From positions 1,178,001 through 1,242,000 of the forward strand of contig OZ251228.1 of the NCBI GenBank assembly GCA_965240325.2: a stretch of DNA of 64,000 nucleotides, given 5' to 3'. The translations under genes and the position numbers were made by a program. Of the stretch, positions 24,191-35,451 are shown one piece after another (position 1 is the first letter of the stretch; each line of letters starts with the position of its first letter). Under the pieces are notes generated by a model, which was not told where the DNA came from, ran no database searches, and saw only the letters and a list, made by a program, of their open reading frames with translations. This DNA comes from Rebecca billardiae RCC1528 (lineage: Eukaryota > Protista > Haptophyta).

Positions 24191-25316
24191 GAGCTGGGTT
24201 CGTGTGTTTTCCTTCGCTCTTCGGATGCCTCGCTCCAGCTGGCGGGGCGGCTACCGCACAAGTACTGCGCTTGGAACCTCATTTTACCACTAACCGCGCC
24301 TCTTCACCTCCACGGCGCATTCTGATTGGCCGAGACGCTGAGATTGCGTGTGCTTGATTCGTGAGGCCCTACCCGCTCTCCCAGATGCGGCGAGATGATT
24401 CGTCGGCGTGTGCGGCACTCATTTAGTTCCACTCTATGAATTGAATAGGGCCATTCCCGGAAAGTTATATTACCATAGGTACCCGTATACAGATTATATT
24501 CACTTGCAGAAACTCATCGCGCTATATTCACCAACCCAATTTTTTTGACCATGGCGCGCAAAGTAAGCTGCAAGTATGGGTAAAGTAACAAGATCGTCGA
24601 TAAAACTTTTCTCGTGCATCAACCGCCCATCATGGCGTCGTCTGCCTCTCGGCAGCACATCGTGCGATGAAGCGGTGGCGTAGGCGCCTGTCGCCGCTGT
24701 CGCCCCAACGAAGGAAGGCTTTGACTCGGCCAGTGATCATGGGCGCAGAAGACGCCACGGAGCCTAGACATGCGTGCCGGTAGGGGCAACGAGATACTAC
24801 CGGACCTGCCTGCCTAGTGCGCCATTCCACTTGGCGCGCACGCACAGTGCGTGGAGCGAAGCCTTGCCCGCGCAGCCGCCAGCCATGTTAATAGTTTGAA
24901 ATGTTTTCAGCGGAGTCAGCGGACCGGTCACAGCTGATCTTTGTCGTGTGGCCTGTCGGTGTGGGTTCCTTGCCACCGAGTCGGCGGCGCGGCCGGCTGG
25001 TCCGACTAGATCCCGCCTCCGGACAGAGTGATTGGCGAACTCTTAATAGTGCCCGGCGCCGCATAAATGGGGCAGTTATAATCAGTTATTTTTATGACGA
25101 TAATATATATAACTTTGTTACTGCGCCAACCGACTACTGCTGATGTCGATGAAACGCCGCCAGCCGCCCAGCCGGCGCCGATCGCGACGACACGCTGCAA
25201 GGCGCGGCTGCAACTCACGCCGCCCCGGCTCAGGGCCGTGGCGGATCCGCGCACCGTGCCGCGGTCGACTCGCGGGGCGAAGTCTCTGAATCGCTGCTCT
25301 TGCATCGGCTGATGAA

Positions 25317-26843
25317 TCAGTTCGAGTTGGGACGCGCGAGGCGCAGCATCTCGCCCACGTCCGTCACCTTTGCGAGGCGCTTCCCCGCCGCCTCCCCCTG
25401 CTCGCGCTCGTGCGCGTCGATCCGCTCCCACCCGTCGAAGCCCACTGAGCAGACGCTGCGCTCTTCGAGCAGATGAGCGAGCCCGGCCGCACCCTCGTCA
25501 GCCAGCCCCGCGCGAGGGCTGGCCGCGTCGGGCGCGGCGAGCTTCCCCGACTCCCAGTCGGCGAGGATGGCGGCGGCGGTTTCGCTCGCGTCCGAGATGT
25601 TCGTGAGGATCACGCCTGACGGCCCGCGCTTGTACCAGCCGGAGGCGTACAGGCCCTGCACCGGCGCCGCCGAGGCCGCTCCGTCCGACTCCAGCACGCG
25701 GCCTTCCGCCGTGGGCACGCGCGCGCGCGCCGAGTCGAAGGGCACGCCGGGCAGCGGCGAGGACTTGTAGCCGATGGAGGTGAAGACGTAGCCACACGCC
25801 GTGCTCTCCAGCTCGCCCGTGCCCACCGCGCGCCCGCCCTCCACGCGCGTGCGCTCAAAGGTGGCGCTGGCAACGCGCCCGCCCGTGCCGGCAGCGCCAT
25901 CGGCGGCGCCGAAGGAGTGCGGGGCGCGATGGAAGGCGAGGACGGCCTCGCGGTCGGTCGGCGGCGCGCCGCCGCGCGCCTCGGACTCGAGCCAGAGCGT
26001 GCGCAGCAGCTCGGCCTGCCGCTTGCGCGGCCGGTCCTTCGCCACGGTCGCGAGGGCGGCCTCGTCGAGCGCATCGGGCGCGCCCGTGTCGACCGTGAGC
26101 GTGCACCCGTCGAGCTTGGAGAGCTCGCGGAGCTCCTTGGTGGTGAAGGCGGCCTGGAGCGGGCCGCGCCGGCCGGCGAGGATGACGCGCCTGATCGACG
26201 AGCGCTCGAGCGCGCGCACCGCGTGCGCGCAGATGTCCGTCGGCGCCAGCTCGGCCACGGGCTTGAGCAGCACGCGAGCGACATCGAGCGCCACGTTGCC
26301 CTGGCCGATGATCACGGCGGTGTCGTGCAGCGAGAGGTCCCACGACTCAGCGGCGGCGGACGGGTGGCCGTTGTACCACTCCACAAAGTGCCGCGCGGAG
26401 TGCACGCCCTCCAAGTCCTCGCCTGGCACGCCCAGCTGGCGGTCGTCATCCGCGCCGCACGCAAGGACGACCGCCGAGTAGCGCTCACGAAGCTCAGAGA
26501 CCGAGACGGAGGCGCCCGTGCCGTCGGCGACGGTCACGTTGCCAGCAAAGGTGACGCGTCCCGAGCGCGCGATCTCCGTGAAGCGCTCCGTCACGTTCTT
26601 CACCTCCGGGTGGTCCGGAGCGACGCCGAAGCGCACGAGGCCGAACGGCACCGGCAGCCGGTCGATCACGTCCACGTGAACGGCCGGAGAGCCGCGCAGG
26701 AGGGCGTCGGCGGTGTAGAAGCCGGCGGGGCCGCTACCGATGATGCAGACGCGCCAGGGCGACCCCGCCGCCGTGGACAGCGCGCGCGCCGGGCCGCGCC
26801 GACGCGCGATCGTGGCCGCGCCGGCGAGGGCAGCAGACGCCAT
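25317..26843 (-). CDS. FDXR: Mitochondrial NADPH:adrenodoxin (ferredoxin) oxidoreductase
   Basis: CIIGSGPAGFY, PVPFGLVRFGVAPDHPEV, IIGQGNVALDVAR, GRRGPLQAAFTTKELRE, GWYKRGPSGVI, with an N-terminal presequence-like segment. Confidence 0.95.
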   Translation of the reverse strand: MASAALAGAATIARRRGPARALSTAAGSPWRVCIIGSGPAGFYTADALLRGSPAVHVDVIDRLPVPFGLVRFGVAPDHPEVKNVTERFTEIARSGRVTFAGNVTVADGTGASVSVSELRERYSAVVLACGADDDRQLGVPGEDLEGVHSARHFVEWYNGHPSAAAESWDLSLHDTAVIIGQGNVALDVARVLLKPVAELAPTDICAHAVRALERSSIRRVILAGRRGPLQAAFTTKELRELSKLDGCTLTVDTGAPDALDEAALATVAKDRPRKRQAELLRTLWLESEARGGAPPTDREAVLAFHRAPHSFGAADGAAGTGGRVASATFERTRVEGGRAVGTGELESTACGYVFTSIGYKSSPLPGVPFDSARARVPTAEGRVLESDGAASAAPVQGLYASGWYKRGPSGVILTNISDASETAAAILADWESGKLAAPDAASPRAGLADEGAAGLAHLLEERSVCSVGFDGWERIDAHEREQGEAAGKRLAKVTDVGEMLRLARPNSN

Positions 26844-26947
26844 CGCGAGAATCTGACGGCGAGACCGCGAGAGTCACGGCGTCGCCGCGTCGGCTGGCTC
26901 TGTGACGAAGCACGGCCGGGCCGTCGCCTCGAACGCGGGAGTCGGGC

Positions 26948-27583
26948 ATGCGGCGGAACAGCGCCCTCGAGCGCGCGCGGGCGGCGAAGGCGGCGAAGGA
27001 GGCCGGCGCCGGCGCGAAGCCCGCGGTGAGCGCGTCCTCGAGCGAGCGGCTGATGACCACGGGCGGCCAGCAGTATATCGAGCACACGCCCAGGGTCAAC
27101 CCGAGCGAGCTCCCGCCGCAGAGCCAGGCGGACATTGACCACGCGCGGCTGCGCTCGCGGCTCGAGGCGTTCGGACTGCGCGAGCGCGAGGTGGAGGGCG
27201 ACGGCAACTGCCAGTTCCGTGCGCTCTCGGACCAGATCTACGCCTCGCAGGAGCACCACATGCTCGTGCGCATGCAGGCGGTCGAGCAGCTGCTACTCGC
27301 CGCCGACCGGTACAAGGACTACGTGGTCGCGCAGACATACGACGAGTACGTGCAGAAGATGTCGTTGGAGGGGGCGTGGGGCGACCACGTGACGCTGCAG
27401 GCCGTCGCCGACCGCATCGGCGTCGACATCAACCTGGTCACCTCCTTCGAGGACCGCGACGGCGGCACCGGCATGATCCGCGTGCGCAGCAGGCCGATGC
27501 CAGACACGCCGCCGAGCGACGGCCAGCCGCTGTGGCTGTCGTTCTGGGCGGAGATCCACTATCAGTCGATCGTCGACGAATGA
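26948..27583 (+). CDS. OTU-domain deubiquitinase (plant OTU9-12-like)
   Basis: EGDGNCQFRALSDQ (catalytic Cys), WGDHVTLQA, WLSFWAEIHYQS (catalytic His). Confidence 0.92.
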   Translation: MRRNSALERARAAKAAKEAGAGAKPAVSASSSERLMTTGGQQYIEHTPRVNPSELPPQSQADIDHARLRSRLEAFGLREREVEGDGNCQFRALSDQIYASQEHHMLVRMQAVEQLLLAADRYKDYVVAQTYDEYVQKMSLEGAWGDHVTLQAVADRIGVDINLVTSFEDRDGGTGMIRVRSRPMPDTPPSDGQPLWLSFWAEIHYQSIVDE

Positions 27584-27827
27584 TGCGCGCGTGACCCGCT
27601 CGCTTCCGACGGTACCCTGCGTCGGCGCTGGGCCTGGAATGCAGCTTTGACCGCGTTGTCTGAGATATAGTGTGGCGGCACTCATTCCGTGCAGCATCTC
27701 TGTGACTAGTACCAGTATGGGCCTCTTATCACAGATCGAGTTGAGAGTGATCGTCAATGACTACGAGTTCTCACTTCCAAGCCCAGGCTGCCCAGCTCGG
27801 AAAGGTGGCGGCGGGGTGGCACCCGTG

Positions 27828-30800
27828 CATAAGCAGTGGGCGCGCTTATTGAGTCCGGGAGCCCGGGAGGGACCCACGGCTTGGGGCGTCAACCCCCGAG
27901 ATCGGGCTCGCAGCGGCCCGGACACGATGGCGCGCCCACGAGAGGCGCGCGTGCGCCCGCCTACCGGCGCTGCAGGCCGGCGCGGCTGATCGGCGCGGTC
28001 CACAGGACACGTGGGCACCGCGCGCGCCTCTTTTCCTGTCCTCTCGCGCTCCTCGCCGCGCGCAGTAGCCCGCTGCCAAGCCATCAACGCCTGCCAAGCG
28101 AGCCGGCGCGCGCACCAAGGGCGCGCGCTCGGCGCGGATAGGGCCAATTAAGGTCGGGGCACGGCATGGGCGAGTGGGCACGCATGTTATACACCGCTCG
28201 GGCGCACGCGCCCGGCGTTCTGCGCGCGCCCTTGCCACTGGCAAGTGCTCGCGCACTGCGCGCGTAACTCACGAATGGTGCACCTCGCGGCAGCCCGCAG
28301 GGTATGCTCTGCATGGAGGCATCCTTCGCTTCCCAGCGGGCGAATCGGTGCCAGCCGCAGCCTGGGGGTCGTCTGTGAGTACCCCGGTCCAAGATGCCCC
28401 ATGGGCACGCTGATACGGGTTGCTATGTCGTCGATGCTGCCGAGGAGTGCCGAGCGGCTCTGCCCTGTGACGTCCCGGCACATGGGCCTTGTCGACTCTC
28501 GACCTTCCGCTCCGAGTTCATCACGCCAGACGCAGGCGATGCCGCTGTGCACGCTCGCGTTCGACCACTTCGTACCCACCAGACCGGCCCTTATGTCTCT
28601 GTTGGCGTAGGTGGCGTGCGCGCGCGCGCGCGTGCCGCCTGCCACAGTACAGTAGACGTAGTCGGTGCCGCGGACGCGGTGGCCGTGGGCCGCGTAGCGA
28701 CCTGCTCGGATAGTCGTCGTAGTCGCTTTAAAATAAGACTGCACAGCCTGGTTGATTTACATATACATCGTCATCATCACTGCGCGCGATTTGCTGATGC
28801 ATCAGTGTCATCAGCGCTCATCATCACATACATTTATCGGTACAGTAGTTTAAGCGGCGCGCCAAAGCGCACAGTACGCGCGCCGTGCAGAGGTGAGCTC
28901 GGGCACGACAGACGGTCCGCGCGCGTCTCCGTCTTGACCGAGAACTTCCTCGCGGTGGCGATGGCGGACTCGTGCTTGGCCGCCGCCTGCCGTGGCGTGA
29001 TCTCGCTCGACGACGCACCCGGAGGCGGTGACGTGCACGGGCAGGCGCTGCTCGCATGCCCGTTCCTCACCCACTCGCAGATGCCGAGCGCGCGGCATGC
29101 GGTGCACTGTGCCAGCGCTGGCGCGGGGCACGCGCGCGCGCTCGCGCTGCCGCCATCGCCCGCGCCGGACTTCTTCGTCTTCTTCTAGGTGGGCGTCGAG
29201 CCCATCGACGGCGGTTCCATCTCTCGCCGCTGCTGCCGTACCCGCGTGCTGTGCGGGCGCGGCCGCGGCCGGCGGCGTCGGCACCTCGAGACCAGGCAAG
29301 AGGCGCGCCACGGCCGCGACGAGCGCGGGCATCAGGTCGCCAGCCGTCACCTGGCCGTCGAGAGGCTTGAGCGCATCCTTGTGCGCCGCCGACAGCGCGC
29401 ACACCGCCGGGCGTACGAGCAGCTGCCGCACAGCGCACACAGCTGTCGCGGGCTGGCTGCATCCACATCGGCACATTTCGAAACACCCGCTTCCGCTCGG
29501 CGCCAGCGCCGCGCCACTCAACCGCGGTTTCGATCGAGCGGAAGTGGGCGGGCTCGCGGACCACCTCGAAGCCGACGATGAGGTCGAGCGCATCTGCGGC
29601 GCCGGGAAGCAGGAACCCGCCGGTGCCCTTGCATTTGGCCGGCGTCGGGAACCAATCCGCCACGCGCACAGCATGGAGCGCAATCGCTCCAGGAGCGGGC
29701 GCGCCTGCGAAGCGGAGGTCGCCCCCAGCACCGGCTGTGAAGCGGGCAGTGTACACGGACAGCGCGCCGTCCTCGTGCGCGAGGATCACGCCGTCTGGGA
29801 GGCCGTCAGTCAGAATGACGCGCGCCATGCCCGCCGCAGCGGCGCAGCGCCTCGACGGCACGCCTGGCTTGACGCCGTTGGCGCAGAGGCGGCGCGCCGG
29901 ACTCACCTCCCGGACGGCACCCCACCACTGGGAGGGTTGCCGTCCGGGAGGCGCAATCTCTCCGGACTGGTTCGGGGGTTGACGCCCCAAGCCCACGGTC
30001 CGGACTCACTCACACGGAGCCCGGCCGTCTGGGTCGCGGATCTGTGAAAACTCGCAGAATGGCGCTCATTCGCGGTAGGTTGAGCATGCCGCCCGCAGTG
30101 AAGCTTCAACTGGTCAGAACCAGCCGGGTATGGCCAATGTAAGCGTTGGGCAGGACGAGACGAGCGCATGGACGCTCCCCGAGGCCGGCTGGCTGGCCAC
30201 TGTGGCATCCTTGCACAGCATTCGCACGGCGTGCACGGGCGCCGGTCTGGGCCCAACCCGACTCTGCACGAGCACCATTATCAGGGAGCTCTGGTGCGTG
30301 CCCTCGCGGGGACTTTCGGGTGGAAAGGGTCGCGTGTATCATGCAGGCACGCGAGTGTGAGCACCTATGCCCCCGTACTACATGGATACACCGGTAGTGA
30401 GTGACTCGTGCGGGAGCTCGTAGACTGATTCGTCTAGGGGCTCTTTGATTCGCCAAGTACCGGTGTATCCATGTAGTACGGGGGCATAGGTGCTCACACT
30501 CGCGTGCCTGCATGATACACGCGACCCTTTCCATCCGAAAGTCCCCGCGATGGCACGCACCAGAGCTCCCTGATAATGGTGCTCGTGCAGAGTCGGGTTG
30601 GGCCCAGACCGGCGCCCGTGCACGCCGTGCGAATGCTGTGCAAGGATGCCACAGTGGCCAGCCAGCCGGCCTCGGGGAGCGTCCATGCGCTCGTCTCGTC
30701 CTGCTCAACGCTTACATTGGCCATACCCGGCTGGTTCTGACCAGTTGAAGCTTCACTGCGGGCGGCATGCTCAACCTACCGCGAATGAGCGCCATTCTGC

Positions 30801-30900
30801 GAGTTTTCACAGAATGATCCGCGACCCAGACGGCCGGGCTCCGTGTGAGTGAGTCCGGACCGTCAGTCCCTCCTGGCACCGGACTCGCCCAATGCTTATG
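27828..30900. mobile_element. Foldback element with ~450-bp inverted arms (left arm split: 27828-27877 + 29997-30396; right arm 30458-30900) and 61-bp spacer
   Basis: 29995-30396 is a near-perfect reverse complement of 30458-30863. The right-arm tail GTCCCTCCTGGCACCGGACTCGCCCAATGCTTATG matches 27828-27877 across the nested insertion. Confidence 0.8.
27878..29993. mobile_element. PIF/Harbinger-like non-autonomous element, 2116 bp, nested in the foldback arm
   Basis: Perfect 22-bp TIR GGCTTGGGGCGTCAACCCCCGA and 3-bp TSD CAC (27875-27877, 29994-29996). Internal frameshifted minus-strand coding-like region ~28830-29830. Confidence 0.75.
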
Positions 30901-31060
30901 ATGGTCCGGTACGTCAAAGCCGTAAGCCGACGATGAAAATCGAGCGGTCCGGCGCTTTTCAAGCCTCGGCCGGCTCGCGATTGTCGCCCGCGCACGCCCA
31001 CCCGCACGGCAGGTTGAAAGTCGCTCGCACAGGCCGGCACGCGACCGGCGCGCGGGGGCC

Positions 31061-34000
31061 ATGCAGCCGCGTTCGCGTCGCGCACTGGTGTGCGCGGCGA
31101 CGCTCTCCTTCGGCGTGCTCGCTGTGCTCGCCATCCTCGCGCTGCGGCCCGCCAACTCGCCGGCCGCGATGAAGGAAGACGACCAGATCCGCTCATGCCG
31201 GGACCGCGCCAAGTCCGCCGAGCGCGCGGCCATGGACCAGTGCAAGTTCGGCAGGGAGACGTGCTTGTCGAGCCGATGTGCAGGCTCGTCACGTGGCCGC
31301 TGCTCGCGTATGTGCAAAAACGACGAGTCCGCGTGCAAGGCCGACGCCGAGTCGCGCTCGGCGAGTGCGGAGGCGGATTGCTACCGGCAGGTGCCTGCAC
31401 CCTCGCCCGCGCCGCTGCCTGTGTCGTCGTCCTGGTCGCGCTCGACGCACCGCTCGCGCAGCTCCCTGGGCGCATCTGCTGCTGGAGACGTGGACGACCT
31501 CATGCCGTCCAAGTACCCCAACCCCTTCTGCCGCGGTGCGCTGCAGCGCGTGCGCAGCGTGGGCCCGCACCCAGCAGCTTATGACACCCGCGTGCTGCCG
31601 TGCCGCCGCCCACATCCGCACAGGCAAGATGGAGGACCCTCCCGAGCCGGATAAGGATGGCAACGGGTACATCTGCTCCAAGGCGGTGGGCAAGCCTGGC
31701 TGCCAGACGGTCGTCCAGCTCCTTGGGCCATACTGTGCGCGCGGGCGCGCGAGCCTGGGGCGTGTCGCAAGCGCTCGCCCTTGCCCCTGCGTTGCTCGCG
31801 CACGGCGTGATCGCGCGCACCCGGCGCGCGCGGCGCGCGCGGTGGCACGCAGGCGCGTGCTGCGAGTGCTACGTGCAGTGCGGCATGGCCGACACGCTCT
31901 TCGCCGGCTGTGACGCCAAGCTGTGCACGGCCTCTCATGACGAGCCACAGCCGGCGGCGCCGCTCGGAGCGCCCGTGCCTCACGACAGCCTCGGCGGCGC
32001 ACTGCCGTACGGGCCCAACTCGTACTGCGTGGGCAACAAGAATCGGCCCTCGGACATCTCCTCGCCGAGCAAGGACGGCCTGGGCTACGTGTGCTCGAGG
32101 GCGCAGGCGAAGCCGTACTGCAACTCTGTGGAGGAGCTGGCCACGGAGTACTGCGCGTGCTGCTACTGCTACTCGCAGTGCTCGCTGCAGCACACGGCCA
32201 GCTTCGGCTGCCGCTCAAAGTACATGGTGCGCGGCGTGTGGCGCGGCGAGGGCGGGCACCACGAGCAGCCACGCCCCGCGTGCGCGCGCGCGGCGTCGAG
32301 CTCAGCCCACCCGCGTGCGCACTCTCCCCACGCCGTCGCGCCTGCGCCGCCGCGCGCCAGTGCGGCTATGGGCCTGACTGGACGCCAGGTGAGTCGATCT
32401 CAGCCGCGCCCGTGCCGCACTCGGGCTCGGGCAGGCTGGACTCGCCCACGGTGTACCGCAACCCGTACTGCATCGGCAAGATGCAGATGCCTCCGAACTT
32501 GGACAAGGACGGCAACGGCTACATCTGCAAAAAAGTGCGTGCGGCGCCAATACCAGCCCTGGCGGCGCTGCGCTGCGCGTTGGGGCAGGGCAGCATATGA
32601 GCTGGCGCGCTCAGAAGCCAGTGGGCGCGCTGTAGCTGTGCTGTGCGGTGGGGCCGGGCGGCGAGACGGCGCGCGCGGCCGTCGCGAGTGCGCGTACGCG
32701 CGCTCGGCCGCGCGCGCGCCCGGGTCGCTCACTCCTCGGCCCTGCGCTCTTGCCGCCCCGCGCGCTCGCCGCCGCCCTCAGGCCGTCGGCCACCCGCACT
32801 GCCAGACGGAGGACGAGCTGGCCAGCCTCTACTGCGCGTGCTGCCAGTGCTACACCCAGTGCGGCATGGGCAGCACGATCAACGCGAACTGCAAGCCGAT
32901 GTGCGAGGCCGGCGCGCCGATCGCCGACTCGCCGCCGTCCGCTTCGCCCGCGCCCGTCCCCACCAGCCTCTCCGCCCCGCTCTACTTTGGGCCGAACGCG
33001 TTCTGCGTGGGCAAGAAGGACGCGCCGACGGACCCGGACGACCTGGGCCAGGACGGGCACGGGTACATCTGCTCCTCCGCGCGCAACCGGCCGTTCTGCA
33101 CGACGGTGGCTGAGCTGGCCACGGAGTACTGCGCGTGCTGCTACTGCTACAACAAGTGCGGGCTCAAGAACACGGCCTCGTTCGGCTGCGAGTCCCACTA
33201 TGCGGTACGCGCGGCCCTCGCGGCCCTCGCGGCCCTCGCGGCCGGCCCTCGCGGCCCTCGCGGCCCTCGCGGCCCTCGCGGCCCTCGCGGCCCTCGCGGC
33301 CCTCGCGGCCCTCGCGGCCGCGCTCGGTGGCGGCGCGCGCGACGGCGCCTCACGCGGCACGCGCGTGCCCGCCGCCCCACACCGCGACCCGCCCAGTGCG
33401 GCTACGGCCCCGGTAACAGCGTAGGCCCGTCCGCCCAGCCGGCTGCGCCGGTCCCTGCCAGCCTCTCCGCCCCGCTCTACTTTGGGCCGAACGCGTTCTG
33501 CGTGGGCAAGAAGGACGCGCCGACGGACCCGGACGACCTGGGCCAGGACGGGCACGGGTACATCTGCTCCTCCGCGCGCAACCGGCCGTTCTGCACGACG
33601 GTGGCTGAGCTGGCCACGGAGTACTGCGCGTGCTGCTACTGCTACAACAAGTGCGGGCTGAAGAACACGGCCTCGTTCGGCTGCGAGTCCCACTATGCGG
33701 TACGCGCGGCCCTCGCGGCCCTCGCGGCCCTCGCGGCTGCGCTCGGTGGCGGCGCACGCGACGGCGCCTCACGCGGCACGCGCGTGCCCGCCGCCCCACA
33801 CCGCGACCCGCCCAGTGCGGCTACGGCCCCGGTAACAGCGTAGGCCCGTCCGCCCAGCCGGCTGCGCCGGTCCCTGCCAGCCTCTCCGCCCCGCTCTACT
33901 TTGGGCCGAACGCGTTCTGCGTGGGCAAGAAGGACGCGCCGACGGACCCGGACGACCTGGGCCAGGACGGGCACGGGTACATCTGCTCCTCCGCGCGCAA

Positions 34001-34997
34001 CCGGCCGTTCTGCACGACGGTGGCTGAGCTGGCCACGGAGTACTGCGCGTGCTGCTACTGCTACAACAAGTGCGGGCTGAAGAACACCGCCTCGTTCGGC
34101 TGCGAGTCCCAGTATGCGGTACGTGCCGTGCGCGCAGCCATCGTCGCGGCCGCTCGGCGGCGTGCGCTCGGCGGCGCCTCACGAGACGGCGCCTCACGCG
34201 GCACGCGCGCGCCCGCCGCCCCATGCCACCCCAGTGCGGCTACGGCCCCGGGTACCACACAGGCTCGGGGCTCGGCGCCGCGCAGCCGGCCGCGCCCGTG
34301 CCTACCGAGGTGGACTCGCCCGCCCCCTTCGCCAACGCGTACTGCGTGGGCAAGATGTCCGCGGCCACCATGCTCGGCCGCACGATCGACGGGAGCGGGC
34401 TCATCTGCAAGAAGGTGCGCACGCGCGCTCGATTGGGCGTGCGCGGCGGGTGGGGCGTGCACGGGAGTGTGCGCCCGGCTACACGTTGCGCGCTCACGCT
34501 CGCGTGCGCGTGCCACGCGGCGCCCGTGCCCTCAGGCGGTGGGCAAGCCTGGCTGCGAGACGACCGAGCAGCTCGGCTCGCTCTACTGCGCGTGCTGCCA
34601 GTGCTACACCCAGTGCGGCATGAGCAACACCCGGAACGCCAACTGCAAGCCGATGTGCACGCCGCCCTCGCCCTCGCCGCCGCCGCCGGCGCCGCCACCC
34701 TGGTGGCACACCGGCCAGACGGCCGGCGGCGGCCTGCAGCAGCAGCTGCTGCAGGGCCCGTCGCAATATCGCAACCTGTGGTGCAGCGGCCACCAGGGCA
34801 CGCACGGCACGGACGCGAGTGCGGACGGGCACGGCTACCTGTGCCAGGCAGCGGTGGGCAAGCCCGGCTGCGAGCGACCGGATCAGCTCGCGTCGTTGTA
34901 CTGCGCGTGCTGCTATTGCTACACGGAGTGCGCCATGGCCAACACCCAGCAGTCGAGCTGCTCCGCCGCGAACTACTGCGCGCACCCGCCGCCATGA
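31061..34997 (+). CDS. Secreted/N-anchored protein with 8 tandem 10-Cys modules; exons 31061-31535, 31624-31734, 31853-32226, 32361-32534, 32782-33204, 33397-33699, 33816-34118, 34235-34414, 34536-34997
   Basis: N-terminal hydrophobic helix (ALVCAATLSFGVLAVLAILAL). All eight GT-AG introns restore one frame. Module: Nx(F/Y/W)C...DGxG(Y/L)xC..A...PxC.....L...YCACCxCYxxC...NT....C....C, separated by Pro/Ser/Ala linkers. Confidence 0.85.
33208..33318. repeat. Intronic 9-bp minisatellite (CGCGGCCCT)n
   Basis: About 11-12 units in intron 5, about 3 in the paralogous intron 6 and none in intron 7. Confidence 0.9.
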
Positions 34998-35451
34998 GGG
35001 GCGCGCCGCATTCGATTAGTCGGACAGCGGATCTACGGTCCATCACGCAGATGGCCGTCATTCCTGACCGGCGGCGGCAGATGTCGAGTCACGGCGACGG
35101 CATCGGACTCGTCTGTTGTCGATCATTCATCAGCGCGTGACGTCGTGATCTCTGACGAGTCTCGTCACGCTGATGAGAGAGTGAGTGAGAGACGGCACGC
35201 CGGCAGCGGGCAGGGGCGGCAGTCGGAACGGTCGCGCCTCGCGGGCTGCGCTCGGGCGCCGCGCTCGCGGCTCGGCCGACCGCCGGTCAGGGCGTCAGGC
35301 GGATGCATACATATCATGACGACGATTCATATGGAGTCTGGAGATGAGTTCACCCGGCGTAGTTGCCGTTTGATGATGTCGTACCAGTGCGCAGCACGCC
35401 GAACGAGTCTCGGTCTCAGACTCGCCAACCATGATGATGAGACGACCACGC

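Noticed and set aside
33190-33330. Collagen-like (GPR)n peptide
   Set aside because: It lies within intron 33205-33396 and is a 9-bp minisatellite.
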